Shown one piece after another: positions 18,992 through 28,784 of a stretch of 64,000 nt of DNA. Under the pieces are notes generated by a model. It did no database searches. It had not been told where the DNA came from and saw only the letters and a program-made list of their open reading frames with translations. The first letter of the stretch is position 1; the number at the start of each line of letters is the position of its first letter. The position numbers and the translations under genes are program-made. Source of the DNA: a virus (lineage: Duplodnaviria > Caudoviricetes); the IMG/VR virus record IMGVR_UViG_3300027757_000725, positions 32,001-96,000 of that record, one strand, 5' to 3'.

Positions 18992-19651
18992 ATGAGTAGA
19001 AAAAAAATAACTGCAGTAATACCCATCAGGAAAGGTTCCCAAAGAGTTCCTTACAAAAATTTTAAAAACTTTCACAAAGGTAAGTCTTTATTGCAGATCA
19101 AAATAGAATTTTTAAAAGAAATAGATTTAATCGACAATATTACTGTTAATACAGATTCAGATGTAGCAATCGATATAGCAAAAAACCTCGGCGTTTCATA
19201 TTTTCTCAGAGATGATTATTATGCAAGTTCAGAATGCTCTCAATCAGAATTTTTTAGTAACCTAGCGGAGACAACAGATACAGACATTATAATTCATGCG
19301 CCTTGTACTTCTCCTATGATTAAAAAACAAACAATTATAGATGCTATTAATAGATTCAATATTTCAAAAAATGATTCTTGTAATTCTGTAGGCTTGGTAA
19401 AAGAGTATTTATGGAGAGATGGTAAACCTCTAAACTATAATATAGAAAAAGGTCAAGTTCCAAATAGTCAAAATTTACCTGACATTAAAAAACTTACTTT
19501 TGGGTTTGGTATTATTGGGAAAGAAACTATGCTTGATAGGCAGAACGTTGTCGGTGAAAACCCCCTTCTGTATATATTAGATGAAGACGAGCAAATTGAT
19601 ATTGATACTAAAATTGATTTTGAGTTTGCTAAATTTTTATATAAAAAGTAA
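18992..19651 (+). CDS. Acylneuraminate/ulosonate cytidylyltransferase (NeuA/KdsB family)
   Basis: AVIPIRKGSQRVPYKN; TSPMI; IDIDTKIDF. Confidence 0.9.
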   Translation: MSRKKITAVIPIRKGSQRVPYKNFKNFHKGKSLLQIKIEFLKEIDLIDNITVNTDSDVAIDIAKNLGVSYFLRDDYYASSECSQSEFFSNLAETTDTDIIIHAPCTSPMIKKQTIIDAINRFNISKNDSCNSVGLVKEYLWRDGKPLNYNIEKGQVPNSQNLPDIKKLTFGFGIIGKETMLDRQNVVGENPLLYILDEDEQIDIDTKIDFEFAKFLYKK

Positions 19652-20046
19652 TGACCTTAAAAGAATATACAAAGCTGCAAGAGATTGAAAACAATAATCA
19701 GATAGCTATAGATTTTGATGGAGTAATACACAAAAATTCCAAAGGTTTTTTCGACGGTACTGTATATGATAATCCCATTGAAGGTTCTCTTGATGCAATC
19801 AAAGAGATAAGCAAAAGGTTTGATATAATTATATTTACAGCCAAGGCTTCCAAAGACAGACCTTTAATCAATGGAAAGACGGGTAAAGAGCATGTTGTTG
19901 ATTGGCTAAAGGAAAATGGTTTTTATAAATATATTAAAGATGTAGTTGTAGAAAAACCTAGAGCTGTTTTGTATATAGATGACAAAGCTTTTAGATTTGA
20001 AAATTGGGTTAAAACCAATGATTTTGTTTCTAGTATAAATACTTGA
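19651..20046 (+). CDS. Capless HAD-family phosphatase
   Basis: IAIDFDGVIH; IFTA; KP...YIDDKA. Confidence 0.85.
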   Translation: MTLKEYTKLQEIENNNQIAIDFDGVIHKNSKGFFDGTVYDNPIEGSLDAIKEISKRFDIIIFTAKASKDRPLINGKTGKEHVVDWLKENGFYKYIKDVVVEKPRAVLYIDDKAFRFENWVKTNDFVSSINT

Positions 20047-20083
20047 AAAACACATCATACATTCTTATATTATAAGTAGTACA

Positions 20084-20908
20084 ATGGAAACAATAGTATC
20101 AGTATTTTGCATTTGGAGGGACAGCGAAGAAAATATATTAAGAACCCTAAAACAGTTAGAAGACTTAGAAAAATTAAGCACTTTTTCTTTTTCTTACTTT
20201 TTTTATGAGAATGATTCTAAAGATAAAACTAGAGAAATTTTAGAGAACTGGATGAAAAAAAGGTCAGGTGTTTTTTTATCTGAAGATTTAAATGAAGTAA
20301 AATTTGGCAGCACAACAGATCCACAAAGAATGAAACTTCTTTGTGAATGTAGGAACAAGTGCAAAAATTTAGCGGGAGAAAATAATTCTAATATCTCATT
20401 AATTATAGATTCAGACATAAAGTTTGATACTGATAATTTTCTCATGCAAATTTCGGATTTAAACAAACTTGATTCTGCAGTAATGATTACAGCAAATGTT
20501 AGGCAAAACATAAAAGACTTAGTTTTTAATGAGTCAGAAGACTCTTATTATGATGTTTATGCATTCAGAGATGAGCACGGCACTAATGGTATGTATTTCT
20601 CCGACTGTCCATCTTATAAAAGTTCAGATCAAAAATCTTGGAGTGAAGGTCGTCCAATCATTACAATGTCTTCATTCGGCGGTTTTGCTGTTTTAAAATC
20701 AGAAGTTTTTAATAAAGTACGTTGGTACTCTGACATACATTGCGATCACGTTAACATGTGTTTTGATATATCTAAACATGGCAGAATATATTGCGAACCC
20801 AAAAGCAAGGTGTATGTAGAAATTGATTTGTCTAATCTAAACCTAGATTCGTGTAAACAAATAGGTATACAACAAAGACAAAAATATGAACAGTTTTTTA
20901 AAACCTAA
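20084..20908 (+). CDS. GT-A fold glycosyltransferase (Anp1/CAP59-like)
   Basis: FYENDSKDKT; IIDSDI; YYDVYAFRD; SSFGGFAV; CDHV. Confidence 0.75.
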   Translation: METIVSVFCIWRDSEENILRTLKQLEDLEKLSTFSFSYFFYENDSKDKTREILENWMKKRSGVFLSEDLNEVKFGSTTDPQRMKLLCECRNKCKNLAGENNSNISLIIDSDIKFDTDNFLMQISDLNKLDSAVMITANVRQNIKDLVFNESEDSYYDVYAFRDEHGTNGMYFSDCPSYKSSDQKSWSEGRPIITMSSFGGFAVLKSEVFNKVRWYSDIHCDHVNMCFDISKHGRIYCEPKSKVYVEIDLSNLNLDSCKQIGIQQRQKYEQFFKT

Positions 20909-21539
20909 GTTGGTTATAGTCACTTCAGTAATAGATCCAGTATTGTCAAATCTTCGCAGTAGCAATAGAAGCCTTTTTAAAAAAGAGAAGCGCTTTGAGC
21001 AAACAAAAGTTACCTTGGGTAGTTTATCGGCAATTAAAAACAAAAAAATTTTATTTATAGAAGCCACTGATATAGATGAGTACATGGAAGAATATATATT
21101 AGATCATGTAGATTACTATGTAAACACAAAAAATGTAGACTGGGTCACAGGCGGTGTTAACTCTCCGTGGAAATGTATTGGCGAAGCTAGAATGATAGAA
21201 CACGGGTTAAAGTTTCATAGTTTAACTGAATATAATTCTGTTTTCAAAATAAGCGGAAGATATTATATTAGTAAGGACTTTCAAGCCGAGAGGCAAAACG
21301 TACAAAATTCGGTATTTTCACACCAAAATAAAGGAGCACATTGGAATTCAACTTTTTTTTATAAAATTTGTGAAGAACATTTTGAGGTTTACCAACAATG
21401 CCTTGCTCATTGTTCTAATGCGAGAGGTGTAATGGAAAGGCGTTTTTTCAATTTTTTTAGAGACACTGATTGTATATATGTCCCAAAATTTGGTGTTTGC
21501 GGTTGGGCAGGACCAACAGGAGGATTTTACTGTTGGTAA
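20886..21539 (+). CDS. Putative glycosyltransferase-like protein
   Basis: IVTSVI...RFEQT...VFKISGRY...MER pattern; lies in glycan cluster. Confidence 0.5.
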   Translation: MNSFLKPKLVIVTSVIDPVLSNLRSSNRSLFKKEKRFEQTKVTLGSLSAIKNKKILFIEATDIDEYMEEYILDHVDYYVNTKNVDWVTGGVNSPWKCIGEARMIEHGLKFHSLTEYNSVFKISGRYYISKDFQAERQNVQNSVFSHQNKGAHWNSTFFYKICEEHFEVYQQCLAHCSNARGVMERRFFNFFRDTDCIYVPKFGVCGWAGPTGGFYCW

Positions 21540-21547
21540 AGTATTTT

Positions 21548-21576
21548 TTGATTTTTGTTACTTTAATACTTATGAT
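21548..21576 (+). promoter_or_regulatory. Sigma70-type promoter TTGATT-17-TATGAT before gmd
   Basis: Spacing read directly from the sequence. Confidence 0.55.
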
Positions 21577-21600
21577 ATAAATAAATAAGCCACTCATTAA

Positions 21601-22629
21601 ATGAAGAAAGTAATAATCACAGGAGTAACAGGTCAAGATGGAAGTCACATGGCGGACTATTTGCTGGCGAACACCGACATCGAGATCATTGCGGGTGTAC
21701 GACGACTTTCTGTAAAGAACCACGAAAATATTGAGCACCTAGAAGAGAACCCAAGATTCAAACTAATTGATCTTGATGTTACAGATCAGCATAATGTAAA
21801 CAGGGTAATCTTGCAAGAAAAACCAGATTACTTTATCAACTTCGCCGCCAATTCATTTGTTGGTACTAGCTGGAAAATGCCAGTCAACCACATGGAAACA
21901 AACTGCATGGCGGTTTTATATCAACTTTGTGCTATTGCTGAACATGCTCCTAATTGCCGTTACTACAATGCTGGAAGCTCGGAAGAGTTTGGTGACGTTG
22001 TTACTTCTCCGCAGGATGAGACGCATCCACTGCGCCCCAGAAGCCCTTACGGAGCATCTAAGGCTGCAGCTAGACACTTAGTAAAAGTGTGGCGTGAAAG
22101 TTACAATTTATACGCCATTCAGGGATGGTTATTTAATCACGAAGGCGTTCGTCGTGGAGAAGAGTTTCTTACCCGCAAAGTAACAAAAGGAGTCGCAGAT
22201 ATTTTTTGTAAAGACAGTATCGGAGATAAATTCAAACCCCTTCAACTTGGAAACCTTGAAGCAAAGCGAGACTGGTCTGATGCGGAGGACTTTATTGATG
22301 GTATTTGGAAAATGTTAAATAAAGAAGAACCAAAAGAATACGTTCTAGCTTCTGGCAAAACACATACCATTCGAGAATTTGTAGAAGCAGCTTTTGCTTG
22401 CGCTGGCTATGGAGCAGAGGAGTGTCATTGGGAAGGCGAGTCAGTCCATGAAGAATATCTTCATGGCGACAAAATACTCGTTCAAGTAAATTCAGAATTT
22501 TACAGACCTGCAGAGGTTGAACTTTTACTCGGTGACCCTACCTTGGCAGAAAGAGAGCTTGGCTGGGAAAGGAAAACAGATTTCTACGGCTTAGTCAAAA
22601 AGATGGTTGACAACGATATCAATTTATGA
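21601..22629 (+). CDS. gmd: GDP-mannose 4,6-dehydratase
   Basis: ITGVTGQDGS; AGSSEEFG; PRSPYGASK; LFNHEG; LGNLEAKRDW; YRPAEVELLLGD. Confidence 0.96.
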   Translation: MKKVIITGVTGQDGSHMADYLLANTDIEIIAGVRRLSVKNHENIEHLEENPRFKLIDLDVTDQHNVNRVILQEKPDYFINFAANSFVGTSWKMPVNHMETNCMAVLYQLCAIAEHAPNCRYYNAGSSEEFGDVVTSPQDETHPLRPRSPYGASKAAARHLVKVWRESYNLYAIQGWLFNHEGVRRGEEFLTRKVTKGVADIFCKDSIGDKFKPLQLGNLEAKRDWSDAEDFIDGIWKMLNKEEPKEYVLASGKTHTIREFVEAAFACAGYGAEECHWEGESVHEEYLHGDKILVQVNSEFYRPAEVELLLGDPTLAERELGWERKTDFYGLVKKMVDNDINL

Positions 22630-22635
22630 TATTGT
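22607..22635 (+). promoter_or_regulatory. Sigma70-type promoter TTGACA-17-TATTGT, leaderless for 22642
   Basis: ATG 6 nt after the -10 hexamer; TGn extension. Confidence 0.65.
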
Positions 22636-22641
22636 TATTAC

Positions 22642-23097
22642 ATGCCCAGAGGTAAAAAGAAGTGTGGAAACTGCGGTGAGTTTGTTGGCTCCAGAGTTCA
22701 GGAGTGCTCTTGTGGTTTTGTGTTCGGTAAGCCTAAGCCTAAAAAGAAGGCGAAGCCCTTCTTTAAAGAGAGAAAGGACTTTGTAAAAAGAATGCTTGGA
22801 GGTGAAAAGTCCGACTCCATGCAGCTAGACATGATGACATCTACCAAAGTTTTTGAATTGTTCGACAATGACATAAACTTTTTGTCAAAAGTAAAACCTC
22901 CTTTTAAACTAAAGGGTAGCATTCGTTATTTTCTTACAGAAGATGGTAAAAAATATCTAAACAAGAAAAAACTAGAGTTTGACTTCGTGCCAGATTTTTC
23001 TGAGAAAATTGTTGACTATAATGACAAAGTAGGTGATGATATACTTAAATCAGATACAAAACCCAAAACAATTAGAAACTTTTTAAACAATGAGTAA
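22642..23097 (+). CDS. Hypothetical protein with N-terminal zinc ribbon
   Basis: CGNC...CSCG, Lys-rich. Confidence 0.6.
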   Translation: MPRGKKKCGNCGEFVGSRVQECSCGFVFGKPKPKKKAKPFFKERKDFVKRMLGGEKSDSMQLDMMTSTKVFELFDNDINFLSKVKPPFKLKGSIRYFLTEDGKKYLNKKKLEFDFVPDFSEKIVDYNDKVGDDILKSDTKPKTIRNFLNNE

Positions 23098-24202
23098 TAC
23101 AGAAACACAAGAGTTCACAAAGAGCTTCTTAAAAACACACAAAGAATTCCACTACAATCTAGACCAACAAGCTGAAGATTATGTGGTGTCTAGCGGGTCT
23201 ATGATTTTAGACTCTTATCTTGACGGTGGATTTTCAGCAGGAGTACACCGTTTCGTTGGAGCTAACGAAGGTGGGAAAACCAACGAAGCCCTTCATGTTA
23301 TGCTTAACATGATGAAAACAGTAGATAATTCGAAGGGAATTTATATCAAAGCAGAGGGTCGTCTATCTAAATCAATCAAAGAGAGGTCGGGTCTTACTTT
23401 TGTAACAGATGCTGATGAGTGGGTTGCTGGCACATGCCTTGTTTTTGAGTGCAACGTATTTGATGTTGTTTTCGACTTTTTAAGGGGTCTTCTTAAAAAC
23501 AATCCAAACAGGGAAAGGTTTGGCATAGTAATTGATAGTATGGACGGATTACTTCCTCAATCAGAACTTGAGAAAAGAACGAGCGATGCTGCTAAGGTAG
23601 CCGCAGGTGCATTGATGACTTCCGACTTTTTGAAGAGGGTTAGCCTCGGAATGTCTAAGTTTGGACACTTGCTTATTCTAATCTCCCAGATAAGAGCGAA
23701 GGTTGATATTAACCCTTATGCGAAGGGAGACCCAAATAATCAAACTAATTCAAGTGGAGGCAATGCAGCCTTGCACTACCCCGATTGGATTTTGGAGTTT
23801 CAAAAACAATTTAAATCAGATAAAATTCTAGAAAAACCCAAGGAACAAATAGGACCAAATAACAAACCTTATGGTCACATGGCTAAAGTTTTAATTTGCA
23901 AATCAACAAATGAGAACACAGGAAACGTAGTAAAGTATCCGATTAGATATGGTCGTATTAATGGCAAGTCTGTTTGGGTAGAAAGAGAAATTGTAGACCT
24001 TCTTCTTATGTGGGATTACATGGATAAAAAAGGATCATGGTTTACTTGCGACGAAGAGGTTATAGATTTTTTGAAGAAGGACGGTATTGAATGCCAATCT
24101 AAATTTCAAGGTATAGCTTCAATACAAGAATACCTAGAAGAAAACTCAGATGTTGCCGAAAGCCTGAAAAACTTTGTAAAAGAAAAAATTCTTTCACAGT
24201 GA
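23090..24202 (+). CDS. recA: RecA/UvsX-like recombinase
   Basis: SSGSMILD..LDGG; GANEGGKT; IVIDSMDGL; ISQIR; SGGNAALHY; KKGSWF. Confidence 0.9.
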   Translation: MSNTETQEFTKSFLKTHKEFHYNLDQQAEDYVVSSGSMILDSYLDGGFSAGVHRFVGANEGGKTNEALHVMLNMMKTVDNSKGIYIKAEGRLSKSIKERSGLTFVTDADEWVAGTCLVFECNVFDVVFDFLRGLLKNNPNRERFGIVIDSMDGLLPQSELEKRTSDAAKVAAGALMTSDFLKRVSLGMSKFGHLLILISQIRAKVDINPYAKGDPNNQTNSSGGNAALHYPDWILEFQKQFKSDKILEKPKEQIGPNNKPYGHMAKVLICKSTNENTGNVVKYPIRYGRINGKSVWVEREIVDLLLMWDYMDKKGSWFTCDEEVIDFLKKDGIECQSKFQGIASIQEYLEENSDVAESLKNFVKEKILSQ

Positions 24203-24606
24203 TATTTACATCAATAAATGGAAGAACTCAAAAAATGAGGAACCCAACCAAGTATTTAATTAAGTGGGATAAAAAATGCAGAAGCAAAATACAAAAAAGA
24301 GTAAAAGATTTATTATTTGATCATTGGAGTGGGGATGTTGTTTTCGAAGAATTTCCTGTATTAGGATCTAGAATGACCATTGACTTTTTTAACGCAAATA
24401 AAAGATTGGCAATAGAGGTTGATGGAGGTCAACACTATAAATACAATAAATTTTTTCACTCAAACAACAGACTCAATTTTCTAGAACAACTAAAACGAGA
24501 TGAAAAAAAAGAAAACTTTTGCGAAATGAATAAAATAACTTTAGTTAGAATAATAGAATCTGACGAGTTAAATTGCGAACTATTAAAAAAACTTAAAATA
24601 ATATGA
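24199..24606 (+). CDS. DUF559/Vsr-like endonuclease
   Basis: EEFP...IDFF...AIEVDGGQH...RDEKK...LVRI. Confidence 0.8.
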   Translation: MIFTSINGRTQKMRNPTKYLIKWDKKCRSKIQKRVKDLLFDHWSGDVVFEEFPVLGSRMTIDFFNANKRLAIEVDGGQHYKYNKFFHSNNRLNFLEQLKRDEKKENFCEMNKITLVRIIESDELNCELLKKLKII

Positions 24607-24839
24607 TTAACCCTCAAAAAACTGCAGAAGGGCTACCAACAAGCTTAGTGACTAGACTTTATGATTGCACTGGATCATGTTCAGACGGAACTAAGGGTTT
24701 TCTTTTATTTTTTATAAACGAAGATGGAAACCCATCAATACATACCCAAACAAGCAATGGTTGTGTTGATATGGCTCTTCATAAATTAATTGAAGTATAC
24801 ATATCTCAACCGACACAAAAAACAAAAACAGACCAATGA
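24603..24839 (+). CDS. Hypothetical protein
   Basis: ATGA-coupled on both sides. Confidence 0.7.
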   Translation: MINPQKTAEGLPTSLVTRLYDCTGSCSDGTKGFLLFFINEDGNPSIHTQTSNGCVDMALHKLIEVYISQPTQKTKTDQ

Positions 24840-25147
24840 AAAAAATAGTATTTATAATTTATTTAATAACATCTTCAAGTTTATTCGCATCAGATGATAT
24901 GTATAAAAAAATAGGCAAAGTTGTTAGTTCGACTGTCGATTCTCATGGCTATAAACATGAGACAAGAATAGCTTCGGTTTATGTTGACAAATACGGCAAA
25001 AAGAGGTATAACTACCAAAGCTTCAAAACTGACAGGATAACAATACCCAAAAAACAGAGATGGAGATACAACAAATGTTCGGACAAAGCTCGAATAATTA
25101 GCTACTACCATAAAGGTAAGAGATACTATACATACTATAACAAATAA
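24836..25147 (+). CDS. Small basic protein with Sec signal peptide
   Basis: MKKIVFIIYLITSSSLFA-S signal pattern; Tyr/Lys-rich mature part. Confidence 0.6.
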   Translation: MKKIVFIIYLITSSSLFASDDMYKKIGKVVSSTVDSHGYKHETRIASVYVDKYGKKRYNYQSFKTDRITIPKKQRWRYNKCSDKARIISYYHKGKRYYTYYNK

Positions 25148-26697
25148 TGATTTTTTCATACGAAATAGAAAAGAAGGTTTTAAGTGGTTTACTTCAACAT
25201 CCAAACAAGTGGGGTGAAATATCCTGTTTCCTGTGTGACAGGGATTTTTACAGCGAAGATTCAAAGGTTAATATATCAATATTTAAGCTGATAAGAAACG
25301 CTTTAGATAATGCTGAAGTTATTGACGAGACAATTCTCATACAAAGACTGGATCAACTAAAAGTATCTTTTCCAGACAGCATTGACGTTTCAGAATACAT
25401 TTTCTCTTTAGCTTTCTTTAAGGTTTCTGAAGACATATTCTTATCTTCAATTAGAGAGCTTAAAAAATTTACAGCTAGGAGAGAAATTTATGAATCATGC
25501 AAAGACGTTGCTTCTTTTGTTAAGAAAGCTGACCCAAGCTTGAAGTATAGCGAGATAGTCGATCGTGCTGATAAATTATATAACGACAGCATTCAAAATT
25601 TTGAGATATCAGACTCTGGACCAGTAAACTTATTCGAGATCATGGAAGATGTGATTGAAGAAAGGGGCAACAATCCAGTGGAAGAGTTTGGTTTAATGGG
25701 TCCTCATCAGAGGGTTAATGACCTTTATGGTTCCTTACTTCTTGCTGGTAACATTTCTGTTATAGTAGCTCGTTCTGGTGTCGGAAAAACTCAATTTGTT
25801 ATGGACTACACGACAAGAGTTTCTGCAGAGACTGGAGTCCCAGTTCTTCATTTTGATAATGGGGAAATGAGTGAGGAGGAACTTATATTTAGGCAATGTT
25901 CTGCTATGACAGGTATACCTATGTGGTTACTCCAAACAGGAAAGTGGAGGACATCTAGCTATAAGGATTTTTCTCCAGAGCAAGTAGTCGCAAAAGTTAG
26001 GTCAGCTTGGGATAAAATAAAAAACATGGAATTTTATTACGAGAATGTCGCTGGCATGTCTCCAGAAGAAATGTGTTCATTCTTAAAAAGATTTTATTAT
26101 TCTAAAATAGGCAGAGGCAACCCACTTATTTTTAGCTTTGATTATATTAAAAGTGATTATGGTAATCTAGGTAAAGCAGATGGTTGGCAACAAGTCGGTA
26201 AAATGGTGGATCAATTCAAGCAGACAATCCATAAAGAATTAAAATTCGATGGAAAGTCAGTCGTTTCAATGATGACATCAGTCCAATCTAACAGGCTGGG
26301 GATAACAAACAATAGACAACCAGAAAACATTGTCGACGATGAAAGCGTTGTTTCTCTATCCGATAACATAACACAATTTTGTTCTCATCTCTTCTTATTA
26401 CGCAAGAAAGTAGCAGAAGAAATTCACGAAGAAGGAGAGAGATTTGGCACCCACAAGTTGGTAAATTTAAAATCAAGACACTTGGGCAAGAATGCACTTA
26501 GGGCTATAAATCCAGTTCAAATGCCTGATGGTTCAAACAAGAATAATTTTATTAACCTTAATATAGAAAACTTTAGAATTGAAGAAAGAGGTGATTTGCA
26601 AGACTTGGTTGACTCAATTAACCATCGAGATGTTAGGGTTGAACAAAGCGGTGAAATAAATGACTCCAGCGATATACCAGCAATTCTCTCAACATGA
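25147..26697 (+). CDS. dnaB: Replicative DNA helicase
   Basis: EKKVLSGLL N-domain; ARSGVGKT; EMS; FDYIK; QSNR; KSRH. Confidence 0.9.
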   Translation: MIFSYEIEKKVLSGLLQHPNKWGEISCFLCDRDFYSEDSKVNISIFKLIRNALDNAEVIDETILIQRLDQLKVSFPDSIDVSEYIFSLAFFKVSEDIFLSSIRELKKFTARREIYESCKDVASFVKKADPSLKYSEIVDRADKLYNDSIQNFEISDSGPVNLFEIMEDVIEERGNNPVEEFGLMGPHQRVNDLYGSLLLAGNISVIVARSGVGKTQFVMDYTTRVSAETGVPVLHFDNGEMSEEELIFRQCSAMTGIPMWLLQTGKWRTSSYKDFSPEQVVAKVRSAWDKIKNMEFYYENVAGMSPEEMCSFLKRFYYSKIGRGNPLIFSFDYIKSDYGNLGKADGWQQVGKMVDQFKQTIHKELKFDGKSVVSMMTSVQSNRLGITNNRQPENIVDDESVVSLSDNITQFCSHLFLLRKKVAEEIHEEGERFGTHKLVNLKSRHLGKNALRAINPVQMPDGSNKNNFINLNIENFRIEERGDLQDLVDSINHRDVRVEQSGEINDSSDIPAILST

Positions 26698-27743
26698 TTG
26701 AATATAAGAAAATTTTAGAAGAGCTTGGATATCGCTTAAAAGATCATGGATTATACTGGCGTACAAATGCTGTGTATAGATCTGGTAATAATGGTTCAGC
26801 TTTACAGATTTACAAAGACACTGGTGTATGGAAGGATTATGTCGAAGATAGCTTATTTTTACCTTTCGAAGCTCTAGTTGAAAAAACATTAGGTACAAAG
26901 GATGGATCAGTAATTAAATCTTATTTAAATAATAATGACCCATCAGAAACATACAAACCAGCATCAAGAAAATTATTGAAAGAAGAAAAAACATATTCGC
27001 AAGACTCTTTGTCTAGGCTACTACCTCATTACGATTTTTACCTTGACAAAGGCATATCTAAATCCACTATAGAGGAATTTAAATGCGGTCTAGCAATGTC
27101 GAACAAAATGTATCAACGTTTAGTTTTTCCAATACTTAGAGAAGATGGGAAGATACACGGCTTTTCTGGAAGAAAGGTTACAGAAGATGAGAAGCCAAAG
27201 TGGCTTCATTCTGGGAGGTGTTCAGATTGGTTTTATCCATATCACACAACATCAGGCACAAAAAAAGCCATAGAAGAATCTAATTCTGTTCATATTGTAG
27301 AGTCAATTGGTGATTGTATATCTTTATATGACAACGGAGTAAAAAATGTTTTGGTATCCTTTGGCTTAAACGTTTCACCTAAGTTTATATCTAGACTGAG
27401 TAGCCTTAGGGTTGATAAGATATTTGTTTCGTTTAACAATGATTTCAACTCAGAAAAGAATAGGGGTTTTGAGGGCGCAATTAAATCTGTATTTAAGTTG
27501 ATTCAAAGCTTAGATTTCAAGAAAATATATTTCTCCCCGCCTTCGACTAATGACTTTGGAGACATGACAGAAAAAGATATTAAAACTTACATGACTCATT
27601 GTAAAAATATGGAGCACAAATCTTCTTCTTCTGATATCTTATCTATAGCTACAGAAATGGAAGCTAAAGGCGTAAACAAGTCTTTTACTGCAAGTTTAAA
27701 AAAATACAAAAAAACATACGATTTTAATTATGGAAACATCTAA
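26694..27743 (+). CDS. dnaG: DnaG-like primase with Cys-free N-terminal domain
   Basis: RLVFPI...GFSGR; PKW; TOPRIM IVESIGD; FNND; NDFGDM. Confidence 0.85.
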   Translation: MIEYKKILEELGYRLKDHGLYWRTNAVYRSGNNGSALQIYKDTGVWKDYVEDSLFLPFEALVEKTLGTKDGSVIKSYLNNNDPSETYKPASRKLLKEEKTYSQDSLSRLLPHYDFYLDKGISKSTIEEFKCGLAMSNKMYQRLVFPILREDGKIHGFSGRKVTEDEKPKWLHSGRCSDWFYPYHTTSGTKKAIEESNSVHIVESIGDCISLYDNGVKNVLVSFGLNVSPKFISRLSSLRVDKIFVSFNNDFNSEKNRGFEGAIKSVFKLIQSLDFKKIYFSPPSTNDFGDMTEKDIKTYMTHCKNMEHKSSSSDILSIATEMEAKGVNKSFTASLKKYKKTYDFNYGNI

Positions 27744-28773
27744 CAAACCATTATCAGCCTCAAGAATAAAAACGTTACAAACTTGTTCTTGGCAGTATTG
27801 GAGCAAATATCATCTACGCTTGCCTGATAAATCTAACCACGGATCTTTACGTGGTACTATATGTCACGCAGTCTTTGAGTTGCTCGGAGATCCCAAGCAT
27901 AGGCATCACTATACAAAAATTGTCAAGAAGCAAAACATACAGGCATCTCCAGCTATTGACAGGATGGTTTTAGCTTATGCTAAAAAATACGAAATTGATG
28001 ATTTTGAAAACCTAGACCTTGTAAACGAAATGATACTTGAAGGTTTAAATTACGATTTTTTTGGCGATAAAGATGGGAAACCTACCAAAAGTATCTCGGA
28101 AGAAAAGTTTGATATATGTGTAGAAGAGGACGAAAAATCTTATAGGATTCTTGGCTTTATTGATAAATTGTATTTGTTTAAAAGAAAGAAGACGGCTCTT
28201 ATAAGAGACTTCAAAACTTCAAAAGCTATTTTCTCAGGCAAAGAGTATGATGATAATATACAGGACTTAATGTATTGTTTGGCTATTAAACACCTTTACC
28301 CTGAATATATAAAAAGAAAAATGGAGTTTCTTTTTCTTAAATTTGATTGTAATAACGAGGGTTTGTTACAGATGGAAGAGATTGATACAGATGAGCTTGA
28401 AGGCTTCGAGTACTTTCTAACAGAAGTTCAAAAAACGATAAACAACTTTAACGAAGAGACGGCAAAAAGTAATCTTGCAAAAGATATGGGCTTTCCCAAA
28501 AAAGAAGATGGATTTGCTGGAAAGATTGTTTGCGGTTTTGCTGATTATGCTGGTAAACTAAAAAAAGATGGAACCCCAATGTGGCATTGTCCTTTTAAGT
28601 TTGCTTTTGATTATTACCACCTTCTTGATGAGGATGGAAACTACTTATCTTCTGCTTACGACAAAGAAACTCTTGAAGAACGTTTAGAAGATGGGTTTGG
28701 GTCTAAGATTAAAAAACTCAGGTATAAAGGTTGCCCAGCTTTTAGGGTTGACAACGTCAGCAACTTATTATAA
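27730..28773 (+). CDS. PD-(D/E)xK RecB/AddB-family exonuclease, possible Fe-S cluster
   Basis: LSASRI...C; RGTICH; GFIDKL; DFKTS; Q..MY; C-terminal Cys residues. Confidence 0.85.
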   Translation: METSNKPLSASRIKTLQTCSWQYWSKYHLRLPDKSNHGSLRGTICHAVFELLGDPKHRHHYTKIVKKQNIQASPAIDRMVLAYAKKYEIDDFENLDLVNEMILEGLNYDFFGDKDGKPTKSISEEKFDICVEEDEKSYRILGFIDKLYLFKRKKTALIRDFKTSKAIFSGKEYDDNIQDLMYCLAIKHLYPEYIKRKMEFLFLKFDCNNEGLLQMEEIDTDELEGFEYFLTEVQKTINNFNEETAKSNLAKDMGFPKKEDGFAGKIVCGFADYAGKLKKDGTPMWHCPFKFAFDYYHLLDEDGNYLSSAYDKETLEERLEDGFGSKIKKLRYKGCPAFRVDNVSNLL

Positions 28774-28776
28774 GAT
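28748..28776 (+). promoter_or_regulatory. Sigma70-type promoter TTGACA-17-TAAGAT before the PHP gene
   Basis: ATG 8 nt after the -10 hexamer. Confidence 0.6.
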
Positions 28777-28784
28777 GGTGAATC

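Noticed and set aside
27730-28773. Cas4-like nuclease suggesting a CRISPR system
   Set aside because: No repeat-spacer array or other cas genes seen; context is replication and recombination.
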